A stretch of 63,845 bases of DNA, filler included, from Pelomyxa schiedti (taxonomy: Eukaryota > Protista > Evosea): assembly GCA_020536535.1 (NCBI GenBank). It is 10 parts of 10 records of this genome, joined end to end, with 100 filler letters (N's around TTAATTAATTAA, not from the genome) between each part and the next. Parts side by side here need not be neighbours in the genome. Positions count along the whole stretch, not along the records: positions 61,687 to 62,688 come from JAHLWZ010003033.1; positions 62,789 to 63,845 come from JAHLWZ010002911.1; 8 more parts are not named here. The stretch is one strand, 5' to 3'. The position numbers were made by a program, and so were the translations under genes. Numbering within the stretch: the stretch's first letter is position 1; each line of letters opens with the position of its first letter. Positions 61,801-63,845 of the stretch are shown piece after piece. The notes beneath the pieces were generated by a model. The model did no database searches, was not told where the DNA came from, and worked only from the letters and a program-made list of their open reading frames with translations.

Positions 61801-63122
61801 GCCTGTGTGCGCGTACACATACATCCCATTAGTGAAGAGAAGAGCAACCCTCATTAATGAGGGAGGAACATGAGGGTTTAATCACCTGCGCGCTACTCAT
61901 TTTGCTCACTTCGGGTCGCACCACAAAGTTCTCCTCCGAAATCGGTTTCTCACCAAATGCAAGTTTGGGGACAAACAAAGTACTCTGCCAATCACCATCA
62001 ACACCCTCGCCCTGAGTGTTGTCCTCCTATGCACAGAAAACTGGACGACCTCTCGAGGTTTCTCTGAGACTCAGCACGAGAAAAAGATTTCTTCGGTGAA
62101 AAATTGTACAAACAAAACGGTTTTAATCGGGGAGTAGTGTCAACACGACATGGCAGCTGTTGGCGTGTCACGTGTAGCAAAGGAATTCCAGGCTTCTTTC
62201 GGAAAAGTGCGCGCTTTCTTTTTTCTTTCTTTTCTCGGAGGCGCATTTGTTTAATCACAAGTTTCCTATCAATAGGTCCAGGGGTTGCCCTACAAAGAAC
62301 AGGCATGCTTTTTTATGAATGCATTTTGGGCCGACTGTGCCCCTCAAGTCGAGACAATTTGGCAGAATGTGGGTTATTCTCGCTGTTAATTACCTTTAAT
62401 TATTTTTTTTAAATTGTAGTATATTAAGGGCAGTATCTTTCACATAATTTTAACTTGGTATGTGAAGGTTGCTAGTTTGTGTAAATTGGACGAAAACGGT
62501 GTTGCAGGGCACTCTGTTGACGAGGTTTGGTTTTTGTGGGCGAAGTTCCTTTTATCTAACATGCTTGCTCCTAGTTCAATGCTCACAGATTCCTTGAAGG
62601 ACTTGGGGAAACTCTCACAGCAATCCAGTTACGTGAGAGATTGCGTCAAATTGATGTTGATGCCGATAAGCACATGTCTTTCCTTGAANNNNNNNNNNNN
62701 NNNNNNNNNNNNNNNNNNNNNNNNNNNNNNNNTTAATTAATTAANNNNNNNNNNNNNNNNNNNNNNNNNNNNNNNNNNNNNNNNNNNNCGCCGCTGATTT
62801 CATCCCGCACCTGCCACAACAACGTGGCGGCGTCGTCGGTGTGCATGCGAGCGCGAGGGCGCCGACTTGACCGCGGACCAGCTGGCCAACCACGTGGCAT
62901 ACAAGAGGTGGTGGCAGGCTTTGACCCAGCATCGGGTTTGGAAGCTTCCGTGGGTCGATCAGCTCAGCTTTTCCAACAGTGTGATGTCCCAGTCTCTGAA
63001 CACCAGCACTCCACAGTCCGCAGGGGCGTCTGTGGTCTACAACTCAGACATCACTCCATTCCTCTTAGAGTTTTGATTCACTGAACGGGAAACCACAAGA
63101 ACGATCTGCAGCGGGAAAGACG

Positions 63123-63845
63123 ATGACGAACACACAGTGGCGACAGACGGTGGCGCTGACGGTGGTCGGGCCAGCAACAAAAACAACGAAGAAAAACTGG
63201 GAGTGATGCTGGAGATCTCACGTGTTGTGTGGCACGGAATCGTACTTTGGGTTGGAGTGCGCAGCGGCGGCCGGGGGTGGTGCTGGCGAGAGGGCGAGAT
63301 GTGCGGCTCCCCCCAGGCGGCGTTGTTTGCGACTGGGCACAGAGGGCGATGGCCTCAAGATGGGGGTGCTGACATTGAGATCCATCAGGAGAAGTATGAC
63401 CCCTGGTCGTACTGCATTGGCACTTTTGTGTGATGTGTGTGGGAACGGCCACCTGAACGCGGCCAAGTGGCTGGTGGAAAGGTTTGGAATGAAGGAGTGG
63501 GAACTGTTCGAGCCGTTTGCTGAAGCATTCAGAGGCGGGCACATTGAAGTTGCTGAATGGATCACAAGAAACGTGGATGATGTCATCATGTTCAAGTCGT
63601 TGATTGTGAAGCACTTCTACTCTGCAGAATTGGCGGGACACAGTGGAAAGCTTGCTGTGGTGAAGTGGTACTTTGGAATGTTTCCTCCCTCTGGTGATGA
63701 TGCCCTTGCGGTGATGTCCAGTTGGGTCAGTTTCCGAAAAACAAGCAGTTATGAGTGCATTGAGGGGTGCAAGTGGCTTGTTGCACAGTTCCCATCACTC
63801 AAATTGAACTGTTTCAGTGGTTGTAGGCACAAGAAGACTCTGAGA
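63123..63845 (+). pseudogene. Ankyrin-like repeat family sequence, apparently frameshifted, running off the window
   Basis: VCGNGHLNAAKWLVERF, AFRGGHIEVAEWI and SGKLAVVKWY repeats; frame break at ~63430. Confidence 0.6.

Overview
Eukaryotic genomic DNA with many short GT-AG introns of about 35-130 nt. The window is not contiguous: it joins ten contigs or scaffolds with artificial 100-bp N/TTAATTAATTAA/N spacers, so adjacency across spacers means nothing. The gene style and the intron-poor lineage-specific multigene families suggest an amoeboid protist, possibly Archamoebae such as Pelomyxa; this is an inference, not a demonstration. Recognisable housekeeping genes are ZPR1, eIF6, GMF, G6PD, DNA2, DGK, FolD, SENP8, ATG12, a four-box HMG protein and a TauE-type transporter. 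There are also two PIF/Harbinger transposase copies and several pseudogenes. The strongest candidate for a new system is an intron-containing radical SAM/SPASM gene (49771-51556). Its N-terminus carries an acidic leader, a CDGACECECEC peptide and a Cys/His-rich segment, which could be a fused, self-modified RiPP precursor in a eukaryote. Next to it lies a ~7-kb gene encoding a doubled ADP-ribosyltransferase/helical-repeat/LRR protein whose two catalytic loops differ. Other notable items are a phage-type pyrimidine-dimer glycosylase, a bacterial-type DUF4403 gene and a ~315-nt nested-hairpin ncRNA candidate. Coordinates of spliced genes are spans read by eye, and family assignments come from remembered motifs, not database searches.
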